Source: Marsupella aquatica (taxonomy: Eukaryota; Plantae; Marchantiophyta). Taken from it: DNA of 64,000 nt. Made by a program: the position numbers and the translations under genes. The number at the start of each line of letters is the position of its first letter. The first letter of the stretch is position 1. Positions 24,226 through 33,938 of this stretch are shown here, in pieces. The stretch is from the NCBI GenBank assembly GCA_973895155.1, contig OZ316891.1, positions 32,375,208 to 32,439,207 on the forward strand, written 5' to 3'. A model generated the notes under the pieces. The model saw nothing but the letters and a program-made list of their open reading frames with translations. It did no database searches and was not told the DNA's origin.

Positions 24226-27200
24226 ATGGAACCCGGGCCGAGGCCGGAGGTAAGGCTGAGGGTGAAAACCCGATTAGGGTTAGGGCGCGTTAAGCGTCGG
24301 CGGCTAGGAAGGATCAACGGGAAGAAGGACCGGCAGAGGAGAGGGGTAAGGAGCGCTTGCAGGAGATGGTGGCTCATTTGCGAGCACGAACTAGGCAGAC
24401 GACTACGGGAGGCCAACTACTGTCAGCTGCTTAGGCAAGCACTCGGGGAGAGAGTAGATACCGACGATCGACCTAAGGAGGGTATGAGAAACGTCAATCA
24501 AGCGGCACATTTCTGGGGATGCCTGTTCGAACGGGCAACTGAGTACATCAAGACTTACGAGGACGAGGAGTCAGAAAGGGCAGCTCGAGAACGGCAGGAG
24601 CTCGCTCGATTGTGGGAGCTGCAGAAGACGGCTTTCTTAGGAGGCAAACTCATCAAGGACGAGTTCCTGTGGACGCCTACTTCCAATCAACTCGACGATC
24701 TTCTGTTTTGCAAAGACAGCGTCGTCGGCATCCGAGAGGCCATCAAGAACTGCAACGACATACACTGGGAATTAAAGGGTAGCACGGAAAGGTGGACCCG
24801 GGCAACGGTGCTAGGAGAAACCTCCACGGCAGCAGAGATGAAGAGGAAGGGGGCCGTCAACGATGAAGCCACCCCGGCAAAAAGAACGAGGTCGGCGGCA
24901 CCAAAGAAGCCAGCCGAGCAGCAGAGCAAGGGGCAGGGAGAAGCCGAAGAGGAGGAGGTCGATCCCATCAAGGCCATTCCAACCAGGGATGACACCTGGA
25001 AGGGCTGGGCGGCAACCCTACCGGTGGAGGTGCAACTACATTTTGCACGGGAGGAGGATGCATGCTTTACGGCCATGCAGACCAAGAAGTACCAAGGCTT
25101 CATGGCCGGATCCGGCTTGGAGGCCTTTGTAAGATTACCATGGCTGAAGCCGGAGGTACCGGAGTCAGACCTATTAGAATTCGTGGGGTCATGGGAACCC
25201 GAGACCAATTGCACAAGGATATATGGGAAGGATTTCTATCTTACTCCCAAGGTAATTGCCGAAGTGTTTGGCTTGCCGATAGGCAATAAGACCAAAGTTG
25301 ATACCAGGAAGACCTTGCCTGACAAGGAGTTCCGGTCGTTCCCCGAGCCATCAACGAAGAATGGCTTCTTCCGGAACACCTGCACCAACCCGCACATAGG
25401 AGAGATGATCGACTTCTTGCGGGTGACCATGCATTGTAACTTGCCGAGGGCAGAGATCGGCAAAGCACAGGTCTATCTGGCAGAAAGGCCAGACCCAAGC
25501 CGGGACTACAACGGGTACCTCCTCAACCAATTGAAGAAGATCTTAAAGGAGGAGCAGCAGGTAATCGGCATGGGAAGCGTGTCGCGGCTTGGCTATCACA
25601 TGCCGCTGTTGTGCCGGTATGCCAGAGGTCAGACTTTTGCCCCGGTACTTCCCCTGCAGGTAAGGGCACCCGAGGAAGCTCCAACGCCGAGGCCGTTGGC
25701 TGAGAAGCCTCAACCACCTGTTAGTCCTACGATCGAGCAGGTGTTTAGGCCCAGGAAGGAAGACTTGCCGATGCAGCAACCAGGCATGCAGAGTCTGCTG
25801 AAACTACTGGAGAAAGAAAAGAAATCGGCATCGGCAACAACAACGGCAACGGCAACAATGCAGGACACTACTACAGAGGTAGGCCAACACCGGCTCACAA
25901 GAGAAAACCCCTTTGCTGGAGACAAGAAGAGAATCAGGCCGGAATCCAAGCCAGGTGTTCGAATGTACGTGGGAACCTCAAGCTCCGAATCTGAGGCAGA
26001 ATTGCCTGAAGCTCCTACCGAGGAAGAGGAGAGGGAGAAGCCGGACGTCCAAGAGGTAGAGGAGGCAGTGGAGGACTGCAGCCATGATAATTCCGGCTAT
26101 GGGTCGGACCATCACGTTCCAGGAGTAAGGACCTGTGGCCGGTTTGTCCCCACACTTCCAAGGGTAGTGCGAGGGGACCCCAACCAGCAGAGTAGCCCTG
26201 AGTCTCCCCCACCAGATGTTGCTCCCCCGAGCTTCGACGGCATAAAACAGACGGTGCAGGAATTTCAGGAGCGAATCAAGCAGGAGGAAGAGGCCGCCCT
26301 GGCTAAGGAAAAGGATTTACCAGGAGGAGATTGGCCGGAGGACATCAGGCGGCTAGCCGAAAAAGGAAGCAAACCTCTAGCCACGATTGAAGAGATCCGC
26401 AGGACGGCGTGGGAGCAGAGGCCACGATGGGCGATGCCGATCACTTCTACTTACTCCACCTACGCTAAGAATAGAGCCATGGAGTATGGTGAGATATGTG
26501 GGGAACTTGCGCTCGGCATCTTTGGAGAGGAGTTGGAGGTAGGACCCTTTTTTCATAGGGAGCAGTTGGAGAAGCACCAATTAGAAGAAGCGGTGGCTTT
26601 AGAGAGAAGCAAGAAGGACGAGGTCATTCGGCGGCTTAGGAGGATGGAAGCCGAGATTGAAGATCTAAGGGCGGCCAAGAAAGCCCAAGATGAACTGCGG
26701 ATTAAACGACATGAGCTGAACATCATGCAGGGGCAGTTGGACACCGCGCAGGCTGATAATCAGAATATCAAGGATAAATTGACTCAGACGCAGGAAGAGT
26801 TGGCCGACACGATCAAAGAGAGGGAGAAGTGGAAGCAAGAGCTGAAGAATACAGAGGAGGCCCACATAACAGCCAACAGCCGGGCCATGGCGGAGACCCA
26901 AAGAAAGGAATGGGCGTTGAAAGGGGAGCTCGAGAAAATCCGTGGAGCCCTTGAGCAGAAGGAGGTCGAGTTAGGGAAATCCTATCAAGGGATTATGGCG
27001 CTGCAGCAGGAGCTTGCGTCCCTGACGGCCAGCTTCAAGGCCGACCTAAGGGAGAAGGACGAGATGCTCGAACAGACTTACGCCAAGATGAACCAGATGG
27101 AGTCTGTCATCATTGCAGAGCTCGACAAGGAGCTAAGAGCAACCCAGGAGGAGAGGGCTACCTTGAAGAAGGAATTGGAGGAAGCCCACAGGGAGCAGGA

Positions 27201-27849
27201 GGAGGCCAAAAACGAGCTGGAGGGGGCACGTAAGGACCTGGATGAAACCCAAGAGGAGTTGGAGGAAATCACGAGGAAGATGGAGAACCTACAGCGGCGG
27301 GCCGACAACCAAACAGAGCGGCTGAAGAAACAAGCCGCAGTATTTAAATGCTTAGCTGCAGCAGGTCCATCTCCCGTTGGGACAAACCAGTTACCAGGGG
27401 TGGTAATTGCCGAAGGACAAGCCGCGTCAACTGCACCAGTGCCGGAAGTAAGTGGGAAGGGGAAGGGACCAGCTGCCGAGCCACCAACGAAGAAGAAGCG
27501 GAAACCTTCAGGGTCAAGGAGTAATACGACTTCACAGGCCGTGGTGATCAAGGAGGTAGACCCAGCACCGACCCCAGACAGGGTCACGGCTAAGGATCCA
27601 ACTACCCTAGGGGAAGGGGAGGCCGAAGCCGAGGGAGTGGCTGAAGCCGAAGCCGTGGGAGTGGCTGAGGCTAAAGCCGTGGGTATTGCCGAGGCCGGTG
27701 TCGAGGCTGAAGCCGAAGGTGGACCCAGTCAGGCCGATGGAGAGTTGACTCGGTCAAGGGCAGGTAATCTGTCAGTAGGCGGGCCAACGGCAGTGGCTGA
27801 GGAGGAAGTGTTGGGGGCGTCCATTGAGGATCCACCACCGGTGTCGTGA
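24226..27849 (+). CDS. LTR-encoded 1207-aa protein (intact, 5' LTR copy)
   Basis: Uninterrupted ORF, nearly identical to 13209-16820. Confidence 0.85.
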   Translation: MEPGPRPEVRLRVKTRLGLGRVKRRRLGRINGKKDRQRRGVRSACRRWWLICEHELGRRLREANYCQLLRQALGERVDTDDRPKEGMRNVNQAAHFWGCLFERATEYIKTYEDEESERAARERQELARLWELQKTAFLGGKLIKDEFLWTPTSNQLDDLLFCKDSVVGIREAIKNCNDIHWELKGSTERWTRATVLGETSTAAEMKRKGAVNDEATPAKRTRSAAPKKPAEQQSKGQGEAEEEEVDPIKAIPTRDDTWKGWAATLPVEVQLHFAREEDACFTAMQTKKYQGFMAGSGLEAFVRLPWLKPEVPESDLLEFVGSWEPETNCTRIYGKDFYLTPKVIAEVFGLPIGNKTKVDTRKTLPDKEFRSFPEPSTKNGFFRNTCTNPHIGEMIDFLRVTMHCNLPRAEIGKAQVYLAERPDPSRDYNGYLLNQLKKILKEEQQVIGMGSVSRLGYHMPLLCRYARGQTFAPVLPLQVRAPEEAPTPRPLAEKPQPPVSPTIEQVFRPRKEDLPMQQPGMQSLLKLLEKEKKSASATTTATATMQDTTTEVGQHRLTRENPFAGDKKRIRPESKPGVRMYVGTSSSESEAELPEAPTEEEEREKPDVQEVEEAVEDCSHDNSGYGSDHHVPGVRTCGRFVPTLPRVVRGDPNQQSSPESPPPDVAPPSFDGIKQTVQEFQERIKQEEEAALAKEKDLPGGDWPEDIRRLAEKGSKPLATIEEIRRTAWEQRPRWAMPITSTYSTYAKNRAMEYGEICGELALGIFGEELEVGPFFHREQLEKHQLEEAVALERSKKDEVIRRLRRMEAEIEDLRAAKKAQDELRIKRHELNIMQGQLDTAQADNQNIKDKLTQTQEELADTIKEREKWKQELKNTEEAHITANSRAMAETQRKEWALKGELEKIRGALEQKEVELGKSYQGIMALQQELASLTASFKADLREKDEMLEQTYAKMNQMESVIIAELDKELRATQEERATLKKELEEAHREQEEAKNELEGARKDLDETQEELEEITRKMENLQRRADNQTERLKKQAAVFKCLAAAGPSPVGTNQLPGVVIAEGQAASTAPVPEVSGKGKGPAAEPPTKKKRKPSGSRSNTTSQAVVIKEVDPAPTPDRVTAKDPTTLGEGEAEAEGVAEAEAVGVAEAKAVGIAEAGVEAEAEGGPSQADGELTRSRAGNLSVGGPTAVAEEEVLGASIEDPPPVS

Positions 27850-28092
27850 CGGTGCAAGGGCGCCGTTCCTTTTAGGGAGTGGCTGAGGCCGAAGCCGTGG
27901 GTATTGCCGAGGCCGGTGTCGAGGCTGAAGCCGAAGGTGGACCCAGTCAGGCCGATGGAGAGTTGACTCGGTCAAGGGCAGGTAATCTGTCAGTAGGCGG
28001 GCCAACGGCAGTGGCTGATGAGGAAGTGTTGGGGGCGTCCATTGAGGATCCACCACCGGTGTCGTGACGGTGCAAGGGCGCCGTTCCTTTTA
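27657..28092 (+). repeat. 218-bp tandem duplication within the LTR (also at 37473-37908)
   Basis: 27657-27874 is repeated at 27875-28092 with GGGAG at the junctions; absent from solo LTR 13094-17741. Confidence 0.9.
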
Positions 28093-28992
28093 GGGAGGGC
28101 GGACGTGGAGGGAGGAGGCGTGAGTGGGCAGGGCGGGCGCGGATCTCCACGTTTAGGATTAGGATCAGAACCAGGAGCGGCCCTGACACTTAGCTTAGTG
28201 GGATTGCGGTTCCACTGGTAGGAGCAACACTTGTGCTCCTGCCTTGCTGTACATAGGTAGATTCGGGCAAGTAGATTACTGTCAGGTAGATTAGGCTTAC
28301 GATGCAAAGAATGGCGGATCCACTACCAGGATAAGTACCTGGGCAGCGGGGAGCTCAGGGCCTCTTCTTTAGCAAGTTTTTAGTTTGCACCAGCCGGGCT
28401 GGGATCAAGTAGTACGAGAAGCTCTCGGTTAGTCATATAGTGACCCTTGTGTATATTCATGTTTCCTCATGCCTAAGAGCTGAATAGAGTTGGCCTCACG
28501 GCTTAGTTCGCAGAACTTGTGTATGAGATGTACTGTTTGTATGGCAAGTGCATGGTATGACTCAGTCAGAATGAGTCATTTTGCTATTTGTGTGTCGCAT
28601 TAACTTGTGTGAAGAGTGCCCACATCAACAGAAGGAAGGAAAGTAAGCAGGGGAGTGATAGTTGGATGTGTCGAGCTGAGAGAGGTCTTAGCGGCTTAAC
28701 CAAGCCTATTGGGGATCATTCCGGCGGCGGAATCCAAACATACCTAACAAGACGGAGGGGAAGACAGGGGAAGACAAGGGAAGGCCTATATTAGGCCGGC
28801 TACGTATCTCATGACCCGATGAAGGATCTGTCCAGTATATGTGTGTAAAATGTTAATAGTAGTAGTAGAAGGTTAGCAGCGTCCCATGCCGCTAAGCCGC
28901 GGAAACGGCCTCGCCAAGCACGAAACCTGCGGGAATCGGCTTGAGCTGGGGGGTTTCTTGGGTTTAGGGAGCCATGGGACGCACCACATTTT

Positions 28993-29010
28993 TGGCGCTA
29001 GATGGAGGGG
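28993..29010 (+). promoter_or_regulatory. Primer binding site, tRNA-Asn-like
   Basis: TGGCGCTAGATGGAGGGG 4 nt after the LTR; close to the complement of the plant tRNA-Asn(GTT) 3' end. Confidence 0.8.
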
Positions 29011-29249
29011 GCATTTCTTAAGCCGTGAGATATGAAGTTAGAACGGAAGCGTAGGTAATGACTGACCTTACGCCGAGGGAAGAAAGAGTGATTCAACGGG
29101 AGAGAGCTCGACTGCAGCAGCTCGCCGGGTGGCATGATACACAGTGACTGAGAGGGGCAGAAAGAGCTGGTAGCTCCGAAACTGGAAGTGGCGTCGAAGA
29201 AGACATACCAGAGGAAGAGTCGGTAAGGAGAAGTGAGTCTCCAACCGAC

Positions 29250-31601
29250 ATGGGGGAACCAGAGGCACGGCCAGACGAGAGGCCAGGGACCAGATTGAGC
29301 CAGCGGTCGCGCATACATTACAAAGCATTTCATGGGAGAGGAGATGAGGATCCGGACGAATGGTTGGATGATTTCGAGGGAACCGCTGCAACAAATGGAG
29401 AATCGGCCATCAAGATGCAGATTCTTCCCGGCCTGTTCAAGGGTGAGGCTAGGCCTTGGTACAGAGCATTAGATGTGGAAGATCAAGCCATCTGGGATAT
29501 CTTCAAAACACTCTTTGTTAAGGAGTTTCGACCCATTGGAACTTCAGAACTAGCAGTGCTGAAGTTGGGACAACTTCGGTTCAAGGAGAACAAATCCTTC
29601 AGGAAGTTCTTGCAACGCTTTCAGAAACTGGTAAGACGTACAAAGACCAATGCATCTGAAGGTATGCAACTTCAATGGTTGGTGAATGCTTTGCCACAGA
29701 AGATGAGTTTTGCAATTAGGAAGGAGAACCCGGAGACTTTAGCCGAAGCAATTAAGGATATTCAATTATACATTAATGCAGATATCACAAGCCGGAAGAA
29801 ACAGCTTAAGTCTGAGAGTTCCTCATCAGAGGAGGGATCACCCCATAAGAAAAAAGATAAGAAGAAGAAACATTCCAAGAAGTCTAGAAGTGATAAGTCA
29901 AGCTCGGATAGTGGGAGTAGCAAGAGTGAGTCATCTTCTAGTTCTGAAGAAGAAAAAACTAGGAAAAGGAAGGGCAGAAGGAGAGGGAAGACGAAAGTCA
30001 AGATGGAGGCTAAGCCACCAGATAACATCGTAGCCCTTACCGAGCAACTTAAGGCTATCATTGCAGAGGTAAAACCAAAGAAGGTAGTACAGGAGGATAG
30101 CTCTGTATGGTGTGCCTTATGTTATAAAACCGGACACCATAAAGATGCGTGTCCTAAGCTTAATACTAATCATGTTCGGCATGTGGCTGAGATCAGACCA
30201 TGTCAGGGAGAAGTAGAGTACTTTTTGGGAGATGCCGCTGATAGTGTTTTCGGCATCAGTGAGACTGGAGCACGAGACCTATCCAACAGACCTGCATCTC
30301 TGTGGTCAGGGTTAAGGAACAATCCAGGAGAGATGTATCCTCGGATTATTCAGAACCCGTCAGTACCTCCTAGGCCGAATGTGCAAAGATTTGCGGCGTG
30401 CTATAATTGTGGTCAACCTGACCATTTTGCTAGAGAATGCCCGAATGCACGCAAACAGGGTGATGGACAACCAGCTCAGCTATGTATGGGATGCCGACAG
30501 GAAGGTCATATGCTAGGGCAATGTCCTACTTGGTTGGCAGGCCTGGCCGCAAATCATAAGCTTTTGCCGATCAAGATCTTACCGCCAGGTACTACCCCCG
30601 GAGGAGTTCAAATCAACCACATTGAACTAGGATGGCAAGAGGATGCCGAGGCAGAGTTCGTACCATCTGATGATGAGGCCGAAGCCCTATCAACCTTCTC
30701 AGAGGAGGATTTAGATCATGATTGCTACCGGGTCTCTACTCGATCTACCAGAAGGAAGGAAAGGTGGGATGGGCTGGCCAAAAATAAAGGGAAGGTTACG
30801 GAGGAAAGGATCGACTCTTCGTCAACATCAACAGAAGGAGAAGGGAGGGCTCCGGCAATACAGGTAAGCCATGAGCCCACCAGTGAAACCAATCCTTCAC
30901 AAGATAGCGACTTCAATCGAGATCATCCTAAGTTGTTCTACCCCTCTGTTACGGCTAGTGTTAAGGAACAACTAAGAGAATTAGAAACCCTGGAGAATAC
31001 CGAAGCCATTGCCAAGGATGTAAAACGAGCAAAAGCATTGTTTGCTTCGGAAGACCCAACAGCTGTGGAGACTAGCGTGGCAAAACTGGCCGAATCCAAG
31101 ACGGAAACACCACCAGAAGAGAAGCCGATTGTTCCCTATGACCTGGCTAAAGATGTACTAGAATCTAGAGTCTCGGCAACAATAGGTCAACTATTGAAAA
31201 ATAGCCCGTACTTCCGGAAGCAATTAAGGAAGGCTATTCTCGGCAAGCCGAGATTACCCAAGGTAGCAACCAGATCCGACGTACTAATGATAGAAGAAGA
31301 TCAAGGAGCCCCAGCATTACCATTAATGATTCAAGGAGAATTATTACTACGGGTACCCATCGATGGAGGATCAGGGGTATGTATTATGATTGATTCAACA
31401 GCAAAAGGGTGGGGTCTAACACCGGAGATGACTGGAAGAGTGTTGAACATGGCCAGTGGATATCAGGTCATTCCGACGGGAGTGTTAACCGGCATCAAGA
31501 CAGAGATAGGAGGTATCTTCTTTAGCATTAACTATGTAGTAATGAAGCCGGTAAATCCTACGTCATTCCGGCTATTGATTGGTAGGCCATGGCTTACCTA
31601 G
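29250..31601 (+). CDS. Gag (capsid, CCHC zinc knuckles) plus aspartic protease
   Basis: FHGRGDEDPDEWL; CALCYKTGHHKDAC, CYNCGQPDHFARECP and CMGCRQEGHMLGQCP; protease IDGGS...LLIGRPWL. Frameshift at ~31590. Confidence 0.9.
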   Translation: MGEPEARPDERPGTRLSQRSRIHYKAFHGRGDEDPDEWLDDFEGTAATNGESAIKMQILPGLFKGEARPWYRALDVEDQAIWDIFKTLFVKEFRPIGTSELAVLKLGQLRFKENKSFRKFLQRFQKLVRRTKTNASEGMQLQWLVNALPQKMSFAIRKENPETLAEAIKDIQLYINADITSRKKQLKSESSSSEEGSPHKKKDKKKKHSKKSRSDKSSSDSGSSKSESSSSSEEEKTRKRKGRRRGKTKVKMEAKPPDNIVALTEQLKAIIAEVKPKKVVQEDSSVWCALCYKTGHHKDACPKLNTNHVRHVAEIRPCQGEVEYFLGDAADSVFGISETGARDLSNRPASLWSGLRNNPGEMYPRIIQNPSVPPRPNVQRFAACYNCGQPDHFARECPNARKQGDGQPAQLCMGCRQEGHMLGQCPTWLAGLAANHKLLPIKILPPGTTPGGVQINHIELGWQEDAEAEFVPSDDEAEALSTFSEEDLDHDCYRVSTRSTRRKERWDGLAKNKGKVTEERIDSSSTSTEGEGRAPAIQVSHEPTSETNPSQDSDFNRDHPKLFYPSVTASVKEQLRELETLENTEAIAKDVKRAKALFASEDPTAVETSVAKLAESKTETPPEEKPIVPYDLAKDVLESRVSATIGQLLKNSPYFRKQLRKAILGKPRLPKVATRSDVLMIEEDQGAPALPLMIQGELLLRVPIDGGSGVCIMIDSTAKGWGLTPEMTGRVLNMASGYQVIPTGVLTGIKTEIGGIFFSINYVVMKPVNPTSFRLLIGRPWLT

Positions 31602-32254
31602 CCGAGGTAATAGAAGATTGGGGTATAAAGCAGTTCACTTTCGGGACCCCCTCTATCACGGTATCCTGGGACACTAAGGATGACCGTAGGAAAAGCATAA
31701 GGGAAGTAGATGGGTACGATAGTGGACTGGAGTCAGCCGATGAAGTACGTTGGTTAGAATGCCTCACTAACCTAACCGAAGAAGGCGTCTTTGGACCAGA
31801 GGTACCCCCCAGCGGATTATGGCAAGAACCAATGGAAGGTGACTTGGAAGAAGAAGACGAAGAGGTCGAGGACTGCTTTACAATAGAATCCACCTTTTTA
31901 GCTGCAATTCCGGAGGAAGTAAAGGATGTAGACCAATTGGATGAAACGGCTAAGTGGGGAGCAGTAGCAGGGACAGTGGATTTTCTGCAGGCGTTGTGGC
32001 AGAGCCGACGGGGTCCACAACGCCATCGATCATCGGCAAGAAATTAAATACCAAGGGATCGGCATACAAGCCGATTACGAGGGCAGCACAAATTGAGGCC
32101 CTATTAGAAGCCGAGAGAGCACAGCGGCCTAACTCTCAGGAGCAAGAGGTGGATGAGATGGACAGACACGATCTAGAGCCAAGGCAGGAAGGGGAGCCGA
32201 CCACTAATTCAAAACCAAATAGACCGGTAAGGGGACAATCTATGGACACCAAGG

Positions 32255-33938
32255 AAGGGACCATCCCATATACTTCGCAAGCCGTCAGCTTGCATCGGCC
32301 GAACGGAACTACTCTACCACGGAAAGAGAAGCATTAGGAGTCATTTATTCTTGTAAAAAGTTTAGGCATTATTTACTAGGGTACAAGGTAATCTTTCATA
32401 CTGATCATGAAAGTTTGAAGTACCTAGTCAATAAGCCGGACCTTACAGGCAGAGTAGCAAGATGGATTTTGCTATTACAGGAGTTTGACTATGAGCTGAG
32501 GATCAAGCCGGGAAAGTTACATGCCAATGCCGACTTCTTTTCAAGGATCACAGGTAAACCTGCCACGGATTGCATCGATGATCGATTCCCCGACGAGGAG
32601 CTATTCGTTGTGGAGATAGCTGGTACATGGTACCCTGAGATTTTACAATTTCTCAGCACTTCCAGATTACAGCCAGGATTAAGCCGAGAGCAAGCCGCAG
32701 TCTTTGTGCGGAAGGTCAGACAGTATCAGTGCATTAAAGGCATACTGCACAAGCATGGAATCAACGGCACGATTCAAAGGTGTTTGGAAAAGAGAGAGGT
32801 AAAACGAGTCCTACGGGCCATGCATGGAGAGGAGGCCGGAGGACATTTTGCCCCAGTAACCACGTCTAAGAAGATATTAAATGCCGGTTATTGGTGGCCC
32901 ACCTTGCACAAAGATGTCTATCAGTTTATCAAACAATGCGATCCTTGTCAACTAGCGGGAGGACCAAGGGCGTCCACCAGGCATCCACTGCACCCTATTC
33001 TACCTCTGGCACCATTCGAGAAGTGGGGTATTGATTACATTGGACCTCTGAAACCACTGACCCACCCTCGACGGAACAAGTACATAATCCTGGCTACGGA
33101 TTATGCAACTAAATGGATAGAGGCCAGACCAACAACGAAGGATGATGCAATTACTACGGCTAGATTCATGTATGAGCAGATCTTCACCAGGTATGGAGCA
33201 CCCCTAGAATTAGTTAGTGATAGAGGAACCCATTTTTTGAATGATATAATTAGTCGTTTAAATGAGCAGTATTTAGTTAAACATAGGCCTACTACTCCCT
33301 ACCATCCAAAGGCAAACGGGTTGACAGAACGAGCAAACGGAATCATAGGAAAGATATTGAACAAGACAGTAGCTCAGAACAAACTCGATTGGGATGATAA
33401 ATTGTTTGCTGCTGTTTTTGCTTACAATCTTGCCTATAAATCCACTACCGGTCATACACCCTTCTTCTTAACCTTTGGACAAGAAGCCCTGGTACCCATG
33501 CAACTTGAGATACCGACATTTCAAGTTACAATTGAGGAAAGAGCCTCAGCGGAGGAGAGCCTAAAGGAGCGAGAATATAGGTTAGAAGCTTTAGAGGAAG
33601 CAAGAATGATTTCAGCCGAGAGAGTAGAATATAGACAGAATATCATGAAGCAGCAGTATGATAAAAGGTTAAAAGTAGTTAGTATTCATACCGGTGATCT
33701 TGTGCTACTTTATGACAGTAGGTATAATAGGTTTCCAGGAAAGCTTTACACTCGCTGGTTAGGACCCTTTAGAGTAACCATGATGTTCCCCAATGGCTCC
33801 GTGCAATTGGCCAACATTACGGGAGAGGTATATCCAGTTCGCATCCATTATGACCGCCTCAAGAAATACTATATGGACGAAGATGAAGTTGTTCGCGAGG
33901 ACGCTTCACAATTAAGTGGGGAGCTATGTGATGCCTAG
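32255..33938 (+). CDS. Truncated RNase H plus integrase (HHCC, DDE, GPF), no chromodomain
   Basis: The frame upstream of ORF 32415 reads HPIYFASRQLASAERNYSTTEREALGVIY...HTDH; then GGHF...CDPCQ, WGIDYIGP, SDRGTHF, NGLTERAN and WLGPFRV. Confidence 0.92.
33912..33926 (+). promoter_or_regulatory. Polypurine tract
   Basis: TTAAGTGGGGAGCTA immediately before the 3' LTR TG. Confidence 0.65.

Larger units (their letters stand above)
24111..28988 (+). repeat. 5' LTR (4878 bp)
   Basis: TG...CA ends; direct repeat of 33927-38804. Confidence 0.95.
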
